Source: Candidatus Omnitrophota bacterium (GTDB taxonomy: Bacteria; Omnitrophota; Gorgyraeia; Gygaellales; JAHJCI01). From it: 54,991 nucleotides of DNA. The translations under genes were made by a program, and so were the position numbers. Of this stretch, positions 8,901 to 17,897 are shown one piece after another; the first letter of the stretch is position 1; the number at the start of each line of letters is the position of its first letter. The stretch is taken from positions 1 through 54,991 of the forward strand of contig JBDRMR010000034.1 in assembly GCA_043812035.1 (NCBI GenBank), in the 5' to 3' direction. The notes beneath the pieces were generated by a model. That model did no database searches. It saw nothing but the letters and a program-made list of their open reading frames with translations, and was not told the DNA's origin.

Positions 8901-10796
8901 CCTTCAGAAATATTTTCCCTTACCCCAGAAAATATTGCTTTATTCTTAGGCAGGCTGTGGACAGGGGATGGATTTATCTTTTCCGAGAATAACGCTATAC
9001 CATTTTATGCCACATCTTCAAAAACTTTTGCTTATCAGTTACAGACTCTCTTGCTTAGATTCGGCATTATAGGCAGGGTGGCGAAGAAAATGTTTAGATA
9101 TCGGTATAAAGAGAAGGAATCTTTAAAAGAGGGCTTTGTTGTTTATCTGCAGGGAGACAAAAGTATAAAGGTATTTTTAGAAAGAATATGCCCAAACATT
9201 ATAAATAGAGATAAAAAAATAGAGAAATTACGTTCGTATTATAATCGGGTTGCTCCGGAAAGCGAATCCAAAGATGTGGTGCCGGCAGCTATAAAATTCC
9301 TCGTTAGGGAGGAAAAGGCTAAGTTAAATTTATCGTGGAGAGATTTAGAGAAAGATTCGCTTATATCTATGAGAGAGTTTTATGGGAATTTAAAATCTTA
9401 TAAGAAAGGATTCAGAAGGTCGACCTTAAAAAGGTTAGCCGAGTATTTAGAATCGTCTTCTTTGCTTAAATATGCTACTTCTGAAGTTTATTGGGATAGC
9501 ATAGAATCCATAGACTATGTAGGCAAGGAGCAGACTTACGACCTTGAGGTGGAAGGCATTCATAATTTTATTGCTAACGGAATAATTGTACATAACTCTC
9601 ATTCAGCCGCCTACGCGATGATTTCCTACCGCACCGCTTATTTAAAAGCTAATTATCCCGTCGAGTTTATGACCGCCCTGCTTACCTCGGAAAGAGACAA
9701 CACCGACAAAGTCGTTGAATACGTAAACGAGGCGGCGAAAATGGGGATAAATATTTTACCTCCGGATATTAACACAAGCGAGGCGGAATTTAAAATCGCC
9801 GACGAGAAAAATATCCGCTTCGGGCTGCTGGCAATCAAGAACCTCGGCAGCGGCGCAATAGAATCGGTAGTAGAAGCCCGCAACAAGGGAGGAGAGTTTT
9901 CGAACCTGGAAGATTTTGCAAGCCGCGTGGATTTAAGACTGGTAAACAGAAAGGTTATCGAGAGCCTGATTAAAGCGGGGACAATGGACAGCCTGGGTAT
10001 GAACAGAGCCACGATGATGGGAGGGCTGGATAAGGTGCTGAATCTGGCCTACCGGGTCCACAAAGAGAAGGCAAGCGGCCAGCTGTCCTTTTTTGATTTA
10101 GGCGAAAGTAGCAGCAACGGGTTTAGTAGCGGCCTTGGCGGAATCCCGGAAATCAAGGAATGGCCCGAGCCGCAGCTTCTGGCTTTCGAGAAGGATATGC
10201 TGGGTTTTTATCTCAGCGGCCATCCCCTGGCCCGCTACGCCAAGCATTTGGCCAGGTTCCGGTTTTGTTCCACCGCCGAATTGAAACACAGGGTAGACGG
10301 CCAGGATATAAAAGTCGTGGGATTGATAGTCAAGGTCAAGCAGACAGTTACCCGCGCCAAAGGGGAAAAGATGGCGATATTGAAACTGGAGGATTTAGAA
10401 GGCATAGTCGAAGTTTTAATTTTCCCCCAGACATACAAGCAGGTAGCTAAAAACATACAGCCTAATTCGATAGTTTTGGTTAAGGGAAAATTGAACCTGA
10501 AGGAGGACGCTCCCAAGATAATAGCCGACGGTTTAATGATATTCGACGATATATACCGGTTGGTGTCCGGGATAAACATCGATATTTCCGGGATAAGGGA
10601 AAACCTTTTCGACAGCCTTAAGACAAAGTTGCTGGATTCCTCCGGCAGGGTGCCTATATATCTCAACCTGGATACTCCCAGCCGCTCCAGGGTTCAGTTG
10701 GTCGTGGGAGAAGAGTTCTTTGTCGAGCCTAACGAAGAATTGATAGACGAGATAGAATCTCTGCTCGGGGAAGGCAGGGTCTCCCTGGTGCTGTAG
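5982..10796 (+). CDS. dnaE: DNA polymerase III alpha subunit, intein-containing
   Basis: PHP domain (HLHVHTQYSLLDG, AITDHG), GPGRGSAAGS, PDIDIDF, KVDFLGL, and a C-terminal OB fold. Confidence 0.97.
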   Translation: MPHSEFIHLHVHTQYSLLDGACRIPHLLSLAKQYNMDSLAITDHGNMFGAMDFYLQAQKAGIKPIIGSEVYIAPGSRLEKSLSGIEEASYHLVLLAKDEEGYKNLMKLVSIGYLEGFYYRPRIDKEILSRYSKGLIGLSACLKGEIPCLLSQNRFNDALKASDDFIQILGKDNFYLELQENAIKEQKGVNQGLIKLARQLSIGLVATCDVHYLQQEDALSHDALLCVQTQATLEDPKRLRFGSSEFYFKSPQQMKELFKELPEVLENTREISWRCNLELDFSQIHLPIYEPPGGATQEEFLEQLCREGISKRFGNEFGAAYKERLEHEFRIIKEMGFTSYFLIVWDFIHYAKENNIPTGPGRGSAAGSLVSYLLEITDIDPIKYKLLFERFLNTERKELPDIDIDFCYVRRPEVINYVTQKYGRENVAQIITFGTMQARAVIRDVGRVMGISYADVDKLAKMIPPDPHISLMDALESENELKNLYRTDEQIKKLIEIALSLEGLLRHASVHAAGVVIADAPLTDYMPLFKSGDDQITTGFSMDALGKIGLLKVDFLGLRTLTVIQETANLIRQRTGKAVDIEKIDLTDAKTFKLLCSAQTMGIFQLESSGMRDLLRKLEPERFEDLIALLALYRPGPIGSGMLDDFIKRRHGKVAVRYDHKSLEPILKDTYGIIVYQEQVMQIASQLGGFTLTSADRLRRAMSKKIPEVMEEQRKNFILGCKNNGIAESTANKIFDLILYFSGYGFNRCVAGDTQIVDADSGKLLTVRELYEKKNLISTFGCDDNLKIKKKRITNIMNNGIKDVYKVTTSLGKELIVTANHPFLTIEGWKKLEDISKSEKIAVPRQIPFVGNEQMQPHKLIVLAGILSEGNTCHPSGVYYYNNDILQVEDFVENLKRFENTEPTVSMRRGRYEVYAGTGKVTKFFANQIPWNKGITKKEYLSFKGTTDFKKSGVRLWIEKLGLEYKKATEKFIPSEIFSLTPENIALFLGRLWTGDGFIFSENNAIPFYATSSKTFAYQLQTLLLRFGIIGRVAKKMFRYRYKEKESLKEGFVVYLQGDKSIKVFLERICPNIINRDKKIEKLRSYYNRVAPESESKDVVPAAIKFLVREEKAKLNLSWRDLEKDSLISMREFYGNLKSYKKGFRRSTLKRLAEYLESSSLLKYATSEVYWDSIESIDYVGKEQTYDLEVEGIHNFIANGIIVHNSHSAAYAMISYRTAYLKANYPVEFMTALLTSERDNTDKVVEYVNEAAKMGINILPPDINTSEAEFKIADEKNIRFGLLAIKNLGSGAIESVVEARNKGGEFSNLEDFASRVDLRLVNRKVIESLIKAGTMDSLGMNRATMMGGLDKVLNLAYRVHKEKASGQLSFFDLGESSSNGFSSGLGGIPEIKEWPEPQLLAFEKDMLGFYLSGHPLARYAKHLARFRFCSTAELKHRVDGQDIKVVGLIVKVKQTVTRAKGEKMAILKLEDLEGIVEVLIFPQTYKQVAKNIQPNSIVLVKGKLNLKEDAPKIIADGLMIFDDIYRLVSGINIDISGIRENLFDSLKTKLLDSSGRVPIYLNLDTPSRSRVQLVVGEEFFVEPNEELIDEIESLLGEGRVSLVL
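8226..9596 (+). mobile_element. Intein (457 aa) with LAGLIDADG homing endonuclease, inserted in dnaE
   Basis: Interrupts GYGFNR|SHSAAY. Begins CVAGDT, has block B TANHPF, LAGLIDADG-like LAGILSEGN and FLGRLWTGDG, and ends YDLEVEGIHNFIANGIIVHN before +1 Ser. Visibly more AT-rich than the flanking exteins. Confidence 0.95.
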
Positions 10797-10840
10797 AAAT
10801 TCGTTTTAAAAAAAAACTCACCAAGTTTTCTTAAAATATC

Positions 10841-10868
10841 TTGACAAAAAATTTTATTTTAGTAAAAT
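10841..10868 (+). promoter_or_regulatory. Putative sigma70 promoter for the tRNA-Thr/rpmG/secE/nusG superoperon
   Basis: TTGACA (10841-10846), 16-nt spacer, TAAAAT (10863-10868), in AT-rich intergenic DNA. Confidence 0.7.
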
Positions 10869-10942
10869 AAAGGTCTATGTAATTTTTAATGTAAACCCTG
10901 TTATTTTTATTTATAAGCTCTACTACAATCATTAAGAATCAT

Positions 10943-11015
10943 GCCCACGTAGCTCAGTCGGTAGAGCACAGGCATGGTAAGTCTGGGGTCACCGGTTCGA
11001 TTCCGGTCGTGGGCT
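10943..11015 (+). tRNA. tRNA-Thr(GGU), CCA not encoded
   Basis: Acceptor GCCCACG/CGTGGGC, D arm GCTC/GAGC, anticodon stem CAGGC/GTCTG with loop ATGGTAA, T arm ACCGG-TTCGATT-CCGGT. Confidence 0.95.
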
Positions 11016-11034
11016 CTGCCAGCTAGATATTTTA

Positions 11035-11184
11035 ATGCGCGAGATAATTACTTTAGAATGCACGGAGTGCAAGAATCGCAATTACACTACGACAAAGAAT
11101 AAGAAGAAGCAATCGGGAAAATTAGAAACAAAAAAATATTGTAAATTCTGTCGCAGAGCGACCCTACATAAAGAAATAAAATAA
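11035..11184 (+). CDS. rpmG: 50S ribosomal protein L33, Zn-binding type (missing from the ORF track)
   Basis: Translates as [49 protein letters not shown], in the canonical position before tRNA-Trp and secE. Confidence 0.95.
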   Translation: MREIITLECTECKNRNYTTTKNKKKQSGKLETKKYCKFCRRATLHKEIK

Positions 11185-11231
11185 TACTGGCAAAAACTTT
11201 GCGAATATAAGATAGGGAATTTTTTACCTTT

Positions 11232-11253
11232 TGGCCCGTAGCTCTATTTGGTA
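11232..11253 (+). pseudogene. Relic tRNA 5' fragment (acceptor 5' strand plus half of the D arm)
   Basis: TGGCCCG-TA-GCTC-TATTTGGTA has tRNA positions 1-21 geometry, then breaks off into CCTGCCAGCAGG. Confidence 0.5.
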
Positions 11254-11270
11254 CCTGCCAGCAGGTTTTT

Positions 11271-11341
11271 AGGAGCGTCGGTTAATGGTAAACCACCGGT
11301 CTCCAAAACCGGGACTGCAGGTTCGAGCCCTGCCGCTCCTG
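11271..11341 (+). tRNA. tRNA-Trp(CCA), CCA end not encoded
   Basis: Acceptor AGGAGCG/CGCTCCT, D arm GGTT/AACC, anticodon stem CCGGT/ACCGG with loop CTCCAAA, T arm GCAGG-TTCGAGC-CCTGC, discriminator G. Confidence 0.93.
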
Positions 11342-11411
11342 CGGTTTTATTAAGGAAAACGGCGGCGGCCGGGCAAAGCCGCAGCGGGTAAAGAACGGGA
11401 AACTTGAAAAG

Positions 11412-11603
11412 ATGAAGGTTTTAGCAAAGCCGGTTAACTTTCTTAAAGAAGTAAAAGTGCAGTTGACCAAGGTAGCCTGGCCGACTAAGGACGAATTAAT
11501 CGGAGCGACCGCCGTGGTTATCGTAATTACTGCCATTACCGCCGCATTTATCGGTTTAGTTGACTTCGCTTTCTCCCGCTTACTGAGCTGGGTTTTCCGA
11601 TGA
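11412..11603 (+). CDS. secE: Preprotein translocase subunit SecE
   Basis: FLKEVKVQLTKVAWPT motif plus one TM helix, directly before nusG. Confidence 0.95.
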   Translation: MKVLAKPVNFLKEVKVQLTKVAWPTKDELIGATAVVIVITAITAAFIGLVDFAFSRLLSWVFR

Positions 11604-11712
11604 ACCCCGCGCCTTCTTTACAATTCTATTTTTTCAATAAGGTGTGGGATAAAGTGTATAAGAAAGTGTTAAATCAGATGGACAGCTTTGAATAAAGTAG
11701 AAGGTGCGGGGT
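11604..11712. repeat. MITE-like element with 14-bp terminal inverted repeats
   Basis: ACCCCGCGCCTTCT (11604-11617) and AGAAGGTGCGGGGT (11699-11712), one mismatch, around an AT-rich core. Fills the whole secE-nusG spacer. Confidence 0.6.
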
Positions 11713-12238
11713 GAAAAAGTGGTACATAATTCATAGCCAGACCGGTTTCGAGGATAAAGTCAGGCGCGCCATAGAAAACAGAATTGCGTTCGCGGGCCTG
11801 CAAGAGCGCGTTTCCGAAATAGTAATACCGACCGAACAGATTTCTGAAATCCGCCGGGGAAGGAAGAGAGTATCGCAAAGGAAGTTTTTCCCGGGGTATA
11901 TTTTGATTAAAATGGACTTAGACGAAACCGTCTACGCGGTAATCAAGGGGACGCCGGGAGTAACGGGATTCATCGGCGCCGGTAAAAAGCCCGCTCCTCT
12001 CTCTCAGAGCGAAGCCGATAATATTTTGAAAAAGATAGAGGAGACGCATGTCAAGCCGAGTCTCAAGGTAGTATTCGAAAAAGAAGAGCAGGTCAGGATA
12101 ACCCAGGGCCCGTTTGTTAATTTTAACGGAACCGTCGACGAGATATATCCGGAAAAAGGGAAAATAAAGGTAAGCGTATCTATTTTCGGCAGGGCTACTC
12201 CCGTGGAATTGGAATACTGGCAAGTGGAAAAAATGTAA
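11711..12238 (+). CDS. nusG: Transcription termination/antitermination factor NusG
   Basis: KWYIIH, FFPGYIL, TPGVTGF, a KOW motif GPFVNFNG, and IFGRATPVEL. GTG start. Confidence 0.97.
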   Translation: MKKWYIIHSQTGFEDKVRRAIENRIAFAGLQERVSEIVIPTEQISEIRRGRKRVSQRKFFPGYILIKMDLDETVYAVIKGTPGVTGFIGAGKKPAPLSQSEADNILKKIEETHVKPSLKVVFEKEEQVRITQGPFVNFNGTVDEIYPEKGKIKVSVSIFGRATPVELEYWQVEKM

Positions 12239-12244
12239 CCGAAG

Positions 12245-12736
12245 ATGGCAAAGAAGGTAGTCGCACAAATTAAATTACACGTTCCGGCGGGGCAGGCGAA
12301 CCCCGCTCCTCCGGTCGGCCCTGCGCTGGGCCAGCACGGCGTAAATATTATGCAGTTCTGCAAACAGTTTAACGAGCAGACTAAGGACAGGGAGGGGCTG
12401 ATATTGCCCGCGGTGATAAGCGTGTATCAGGACAGGACCTTCTCTTTTATCATAAAGAGCCCGCCTTCGTCCATACTTATTAAACGGGCCTGCAATCTGG
12501 CTAAAGCCAGCGGCACCGCGGGAAAGGAAACAATCGCCAGCATAACCCATCAACAGATAGAAGAGATAGCCAAGCAAAAAACCAAAGACTTAAATACGCC
12601 GAATCTTCAAAGAGCGGTTAAGATAATCGAAGGCACTGCCCGCAGCATGGGGATAAAGGTTGTTTCGGAGGAAGAAAAGGCATTGGAGGAGAAGGCCAAG
12701 AGCGACGCCGAAAAAGAAGCTGCGCAAAACCTGTAA
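12245..12736 (+). CDS. rplK: 50S ribosomal protein L11 with a charged C-terminal extension
   Basis: [29 protein letters not shown] and GTARSMG. Confidence 0.97.
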   Translation: MAKKVVAQIKLHVPAGQANPAPPVGPALGQHGVNIMQFCKQFNEQTKDREGLILPAVISVYQDRTFSFIIKSPPSSILIKRACNLAKASGTAGKETIASITHQQIEEIAKQKTKDLNTPNLQRAVKIIEGTARSMGIKVVSEEEKALEEKAKSDAEKEAAQNL

Positions 12737-12772
12737 GAAACAAATAAGGCAGCGCCGGCGGGATTAATTAAG

Positions 12773-13453
12773 ATGAAAAAGCGCAGCAAGCGATATAAAG
12801 AGGTTTCGAGTCTGTTCGGGGAAAAGGAATTTTATTCTTTGGGCGAGGCAATCTCGATAGTTAAAAAAGCCTCGAACACGAAGTTCGACAGTTCCGTAGA
12901 TTTGCATTTTCATCTAAGCGTAGACCCGAAAAAAGCCGACCAGATGGTCAGGGGCACGGTAGTCTTGCCTCACGGGACCGGCAAGAAAGTCAGGATAGCG
13001 GTTTTTGCTAAGGGCGAACAGGAAAAACAGGCCCAGGAAGCCGGCGCGGATTACGCGGGCGGCACGGATTTGATTGATAAGGTCAGCAAAGGGTTTATGG
13101 ATTTCGACCGCGCCGTTGCCACGCCGGAGATGATGAAGGAGCTGTCGCGGTTGGGTAAGGTTTTAGGCCCCAAGGGGCTGATGCCCAGCCCGAAGACCGG
13201 AACGGTAACTAACGACGTGGCTGCGGCGATTGAGCAGATACGCAAGGGCAAGGTGGAGTTTAAGGTGGATAAGCAGGGAGGCATCCATTTAAATATAGGC
13301 AAGGCTTCGTTTTCCGAGGATAAATTAAAGGAGAATGCCTCGACGCTTATCGAGGCGATAAGCGCTGCCCGGCCCGCCGCGTTGAAGGGAAAATATATTA
13401 AAAACATGTCTCTGAGCTCGACTATGAGCCCGGGGCTAAGAATCAGCATTTAA
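12773..13453 (+). CDS. rplA: 50S ribosomal protein L1
   Basis: VRGTVVLPHGTGK, LGPKGLMPSPKTGTVT and SSTMSPG. Confidence 0.97.
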   Translation: MKKRSKRYKEVSSLFGEKEFYSLGEAISIVKKASNTKFDSSVDLHFHLSVDPKKADQMVRGTVVLPHGTGKKVRIAVFAKGEQEKQAQEAGADYAGGTDLIDKVSKGFMDFDRAVATPEMMKELSRLGKVLGPKGLMPSPKTGTVTNDVAAAIEQIRKGKVEFKVDKQGGIHLNIGKASFSEDKLKENASTLIEAISAARPAALKGKYIKNMSLSSTMSPGLRISI

Positions 13454-13480
13454 CGCAAGCCCGGCAACCGGATTCAGGTT

Positions 13481-14002
13481 ATGAAGAAATTAGGATTACT
13501 CATTAAGGAAGAGACACAGAAGGTCCTGAAAGAAAGGTTGAAAGATTCGGACGGCTTTCTCCTTGTCGGCTATTCCGGACTCTCGGCCTCCGACCTGAAT
13601 GTTTTAAGAAACTCGCTGTCCGGGGTAGATTCGTCTCTTATGGTGATAAAAAACAGCGTCAGCAAGCGGGTCCTTGAGTCCCATCAGGAATTACAGTCGC
13701 GGATATCGGGGCCGTGCGGGCTGATTTTCGTCGGGAAGGATTTGATTTCCACGACCAGGGTAATTTATGAATTTCTTAAGCGGAACGCAAATTTAGAGGT
13801 AAAAGCCGGATTTTTAAAAGACAGAATCGTAACCGAAGAAGAAATCAAAGCTCTTTCCAGGATACCGTCTTTGTCCGCATTGCACAGCCGGTTGCTGGGG
13901 GGATTAAAGTTCCCTATTTCCGGTTTTGTGTTCAGCCTGAAACAAATTTTGAATAAATTGGTATGGGCGTTGAGCCAGGTTAAAGATAAGAAGAAGCAGT
14001 AA
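13481..14002 (+). CDS. rplJ: 50S ribosomal protein L10
   Basis: Between rplA and rplL; YSGLSASDLNVLR and VIKNS patterns; 173 aa. Confidence 0.9.
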   Translation: MKKLGLLIKEETQKVLKERLKDSDGFLLVGYSGLSASDLNVLRNSLSGVDSSLMVIKNSVSKRVLESHQELQSRISGPCGLIFVGKDLISTTRVIYEFLKRNANLEVKAGFLKDRIVTEEEIKALSRIPSLSALHSRLLGGLKFPISGFVFSLKQILNKLVWALSQVKDKKKQ

Positions 14003-14027
14003 GGATTAAGTGATAAGGATTAAGTAA
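14000..14027. repeat. Short heptamer-periodic tract
   Basis: TAAGGAT-TAAGTGA-TAAGGAT-TAAGTAA, starting at the rplJ stop codon. Confidence 0.5.
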
Positions 14028-14058
14028 AAAACAAGAGAGGGTAAACAGGGAGGGAAAA

Positions 14059-14448
14059 ATGGTTGCAAATAAAGTGGAAGAGCTGATTAAATCCATCGAG
14101 GGTATGACCGTTCTGGAGCTTTCAGATTTGGTTAAAGCCCTGGAGGAGAAATTCGGCGTTCAGGCGGCGATGCCGGCAATGGCGGCAATGCCTCAGGCGG
14201 GAGGCGCTCCCGGACAGGCTGCGGCCGGCGAAGAAAAGACCAGCTTCAACGTGGTCCTGACCGCCGTGGGAGGAACCAAGATTGCCGTAATAAAGGAAGT
14301 GCGGGCTATGACTAACCTGGGATTAAAAGAGGCAAAAGACCTGGTAGATTCCGCTCCCAAACCGCTGAAAGAGGGAGTGACCAAAGAAGAAGCGGAACAG
14401 ATGAAAAAGAAACTGGAGGCGGCAGGCGCGACGGTTGAGCTTAAATAA
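14059..14448 (+). CDS. rplL: 50S ribosomal protein L7/L12
   Basis: [29 protein letters not shown] and [11 protein letters not shown]. Confidence 0.97.
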   Translation: MVANKVEELIKSIEGMTVLELSDLVKALEEKFGVQAAMPAMAAMPQAGGAPGQAAAGEEKTSFNVVLTAVGGTKIAVIKEVRAMTNLGLKEAKDLVDSAPKPLKEGVTKEEAEQMKKKLEAAGATVELK

Positions 14449-14471
14449 GCCTGTTAACCCTTTCCCGGACA

Positions 14472-17400
14472 ATGACAGAACGTAAAAGTTTCGGAAAACT
14501 TAAAGAGATATACGAGATACCCGCTCTGCTGGAGCATCAGTTAAACTCCTACAGGGATTTTCTTCAAACAGATATCCCGCCTCACGAACGAAGGCCGATA
14601 GGCTTACAGGAGATACTGCTGGGGTTCTTTCCAATCGAAAGCCATGACCGCCGCCTTCGCATTGAGTTTATCAGTTACTCCCTCGGGAAGCCAAAATACG
14701 ATTTAGAGGAATGTAAGCGCAGGGCAATGACTTACGCCTCTCCCCTGAGAATAAAATTCAGGTTTATTACCGCCCGCGAGAGTATCGAGCAGGACGCGTA
14801 TTTCGGCGAAATCCCTCTTATGACGCCCATCGGTTCATTCGTTATAAACGGCGACGAGCGCGTCATCGTAAACCAGCTTCAGCGTTCCCCGGGCGTCTCC
14901 TTTGAAGAGGAGCTGCACCCCAGCGGTAAAAAAATATATTACGGCCGGATTATTCCTTATCGCGGAGCCTGGCTCGAATTCAAATACGACCTGTCCGAGA
15001 TTATCATTGCGGTTGTGGACAGGCGCAGAAACTTCCCGGCTACCCAAATCCTGCGAATCCTGGGCTTTTCTGCCGACGAAGAAATCATTAAACTTTTCTC
15101 AAAAGAATATCCGCAGGTAATCAATACCCTGAAGAAAGACTATACCAAGAATAAGGAAGAAGCGCTGTTGGACTTCTACCGCAAAGTGCGCCCCGGCGAG
15201 CCGGTAACTTTAGAGGCAGCCGAAAATTTATTTTACCGGCTATTCTTCGACCCCCGCCGCTATGACCTGGAAAGAGTGGGCAGGTTCATCCTAAACAGAA
15301 AACTCGGAATGGAAGTGTCTCTGGACAAGCGTATCCTCGATTCGGAGACGGTAGGCAGGGTAATAGAATACCTTATCCGCCTGAAAGACGGCTTCGGGAA
15401 GATAGACGACATCGACCATTTAGGTAACCGCCGGGTAAAAACTATCTGCGAATTGATTTGCAATCAAGTCAGGATAGGCCTGGCGCGCCTGGACCGCTCG
15501 ATTAGGGAAAGACTCTCCATTCTGGGAGGGTCCGAAGAGCTGAATATCCACCATCTTATCAATTTTAAGCTTTTTTCCAATCAAATCCACGATTTTTTTG
15601 CGCGCGGGCAATTATCGCAGTTTATGGACCAGGTAAACCCGCTGGCAGAACTGACCCACAAGCGCAGGTTAAGCGCTTTGGGGCCGGGCGGGCTTTCCCG
15701 GGAACGCGCCGGTTTCGAAGTCCGGGATATCCATTATTCCCATTACGGCCGCTTATGCCCAATCGAGACGCCCGAAGGGCCTAATATCGGATTAATCGCT
15801 TCGCTGGCGACTTACGCCAAGGTCAATGAATTAGGGCTGCTGGAAACCCCCTATAGAAAGGTCGAGGAAGGCAGGGTTACCCGTAAAATCGAATATTTAA
15901 CCGCCGACATCGAAGAAGAGAAAGTAATCGCTCAGGCGAATGCCCCGATGGACCCCGACGGAAGATTCATCGAGGGGGACGTTTTGTGCCGCTTTAAAGG
16001 AAACTTCCCCAAGGTTAAGGCCGAGAAGGTCGAATATATGGACGTTTCTCCCAAACAATTGGTTTCCATATCTACCTGCCTGATTCCTTTCCTGGAACAC
16101 GATGACGCCAACCGGGCCTTAATGGGCTCGAATATGCAAAGGCAGGCTGTGCCCCTGATGTTCCCCGAGGCGCCGCTGGTGGGCACGATGATTGAAGATA
16201 AGGTGGCCAGGGATTCGGGAGCAGTGGTAATTGCCGAAGAAGCGGGCAAGGTTACGGCCGTAGACGCCTCTTCCATCACCGTCGGAAAAATAACCTACAA
16301 ATTGAAAAAGTTTATCCGGACCAACGCGGATACCTGCATAAACGAACGCCCTATAGTCAAACCGGGAGATTATGTAGAGAAAGGCCGGGTTATTGCCGAC
16401 GGGACGGCAACGGATAAAACAGAGCTTGCTCTGGGCAGGAATCTGCTGGTGGCGTTTATGCCCTGGCGCGGATATAACTTCGAAGACGCCATTCTTGTAA
16501 GCGAGAAGGTGGTCAAGGAGGATGCCTTTACCTCTATACATGTCAGGAAGTTTGAAGTCGAAGCTACCGAGACCAGGCTGGGCAACGAAGAGATAACCCG
16601 CGATATACCGAACGTAGGCGAGGAGGCTCTGGGCAACCTCGACGAGAACGGCATTATCCGCCTCGGCGCCCAGGTCAGCCCCGGGGATATCCTGGTGGGT
16701 AAGGTAACGCCTAAAACCGAATCCGAGCTTTCTCCCGAAGAGAGATTGTTGCGGGCAATCTTCGGGGAAAAGGCCGAGGACGTCCGCGATACCTCGTTGG
16801 TTACTCCTCCGGGAATAGGGGGAGTAGTGGTGAGCGTGCACGTATTTGCGCGCCGGGAAAGAGGCAGGAAATCAAAGGAAGAGAAAAAGAAAGAACTGGC
16901 CAAAATCAGAGAATTAAAGGCATATTATAAGGAAGAGATAGGCTATATCCAGAAGGAGAGAGTTGCGCGCCTGGCGGAAGTCCTGAAGGTAAGCAAAGAC
17001 AGAATAGACAAGCTTGATTTCTCCGACAACGAAGAAGCCAAGCGCATCGACGAGTCCTATAATGAGCAGGTTAAGGCCCTGCTGCTTCAGCAGCAGAGGG
17101 AGATTGAGGGTCTGCGCCGGGGGGATGAATTGCCCAGCGGCGTTTTAAAGCGCGTAGTAGTTTACGTCGCCGCCAAACACAGATTGCAGGAAGGAGACAA
17201 GCTCGCCGGCCGGCACGGCAACAAAGGGGTAGTGGCGCGAATCTTGCCCGAAGAAGATTTGCCTTATCTTCCCGACGGGCAGCCGGTAGACATAGTTTTA
17301 AACCCCTTGGGCGTGCCTTCCCGTATGAACATCGGCCAGATTCTTGAGACCCATTTGGGCTGGGCGGCTCAGGTTTTAGGCATTAAGCTGAGTTCTCCCG

Positions 17401-17888
17401 TGTTCGACGGAGCCAAAGAGGAAGAGATTAAAGAGATTCTGCGCAAGGCGGGGCTGCCCGAAAACGGAAAAATAACATTATACGACGGGTACACGGGATT
17501 ACCCTTTGGCCAGAAGATATGCGTGGGTTTCATCTATATGATGAAGCTGGTCCACCTGGTTGAGGATAAGATACACGCCCGCTCTATCGGCCCTTATTCT
17601 CTGGTGACCCAGCAGCCGCTGGGAGGCAAGGCTCAATTCGGCGGCCAGCGCGTCGGAGAAATGGAGGTCTGGGCATTAGAGGCTTACGGCGCCGCGTTCA
17701 GCTTGCAGGAAATGCTGACGGTAAAAAGCGACGACGTATCGGGCCGGACCCGCATTTACGAGGCGATTGTTAAGGGAGAGCACCGTTTAAGTTCGGGCAC
17801 TCCCGAATCTTTTCACGTTTTAGTCAAGGAATTACAGGGCTTATGCCTGGACGTGCGAACCGAAAAAGTAAAAAGCAAGGCGCAGTAA
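14472..17888 (+). CDS. rpoB: RNA polymerase beta subunit
   Basis: [45 protein letters not shown] and GGQRVGEME. Confidence 0.99.
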   Translation: MTERKSFGKLKEIYEIPALLEHQLNSYRDFLQTDIPPHERRPIGLQEILLGFFPIESHDRRLRIEFISYSLGKPKYDLEECKRRAMTYASPLRIKFRFITARESIEQDAYFGEIPLMTPIGSFVINGDERVIVNQLQRSPGVSFEEELHPSGKKIYYGRIIPYRGAWLEFKYDLSEIIIAVVDRRRNFPATQILRILGFSADEEIIKLFSKEYPQVINTLKKDYTKNKEEALLDFYRKVRPGEPVTLEAAENLFYRLFFDPRRYDLERVGRFILNRKLGMEVSLDKRILDSETVGRVIEYLIRLKDGFGKIDDIDHLGNRRVKTICELICNQVRIGLARLDRSIRERLSILGGSEELNIHHLINFKLFSNQIHDFFARGQLSQFMDQVNPLAELTHKRRLSALGPGGLSRERAGFEVRDIHYSHYGRLCPIETPEGPNIGLIASLATYAKVNELGLLETPYRKVEEGRVTRKIEYLTADIEEEKVIAQANAPMDPDGRFIEGDVLCRFKGNFPKVKAEKVEYMDVSPKQLVSISTCLIPFLEHDDANRALMGSNMQRQAVPLMFPEAPLVGTMIEDKVARDSGAVVIAEEAGKVTAVDASSITVGKITYKLKKFIRTNADTCINERPIVKPGDYVEKGRVIADGTATDKTELALGRNLLVAFMPWRGYNFEDAILVSEKVVKEDAFTSIHVRKFEVEATETRLGNEEITRDIPNVGEEALGNLDENGIIRLGAQVSPGDILVGKVTPKTESELSPEERLLRAIFGEKAEDVRDTSLVTPPGIGGVVVSVHVFARRERGRKSKEEKKKELAKIRELKAYYKEEIGYIQKERVARLAEVLKVSKDRIDKLDFSDNEEAKRIDESYNEQVKALLLQQQREIEGLRRGDELPSGVLKRVVVYVAAKHRLQEGDKLAGRHGNKGVVARILPEEDLPYLPDGQPVDIVLNPLGVPSRMNIGQILETHLGWAAQVLGIKLSSPVFDGAKEEEIKEILRKAGLPENGKITLYDGYTGLPFGQKICVGFIYMMKLVHLVEDKIHARSIGPYSLVTQQPLGGKAQFGGQRVGEMEVWALEAYGAAFSLQEMLTVKSDDVSGRTRIYEAIVKGEHRLSSGTPESFHVLVKELQGLCLDVRTEKVKSKAQ

Positions 17889-17897
17889 TCGGAAAAT

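Noticed and set aside
5982-10796. Split (trans-splicing) DnaE intein as in cyanobacteria
   Set aside because: The gene and intein form one continuous ORF, and the +1 residue is Ser in FNR|SH rather than the cyanobacterial Y|CFN junction.
16850-17125. Charged helical insert in RpoB and large insert in the RpoC trigger loop as novelties
   Set aside because: They fall at known lineage-specific insertion sites of Gram-negative-type RNA polymerases.
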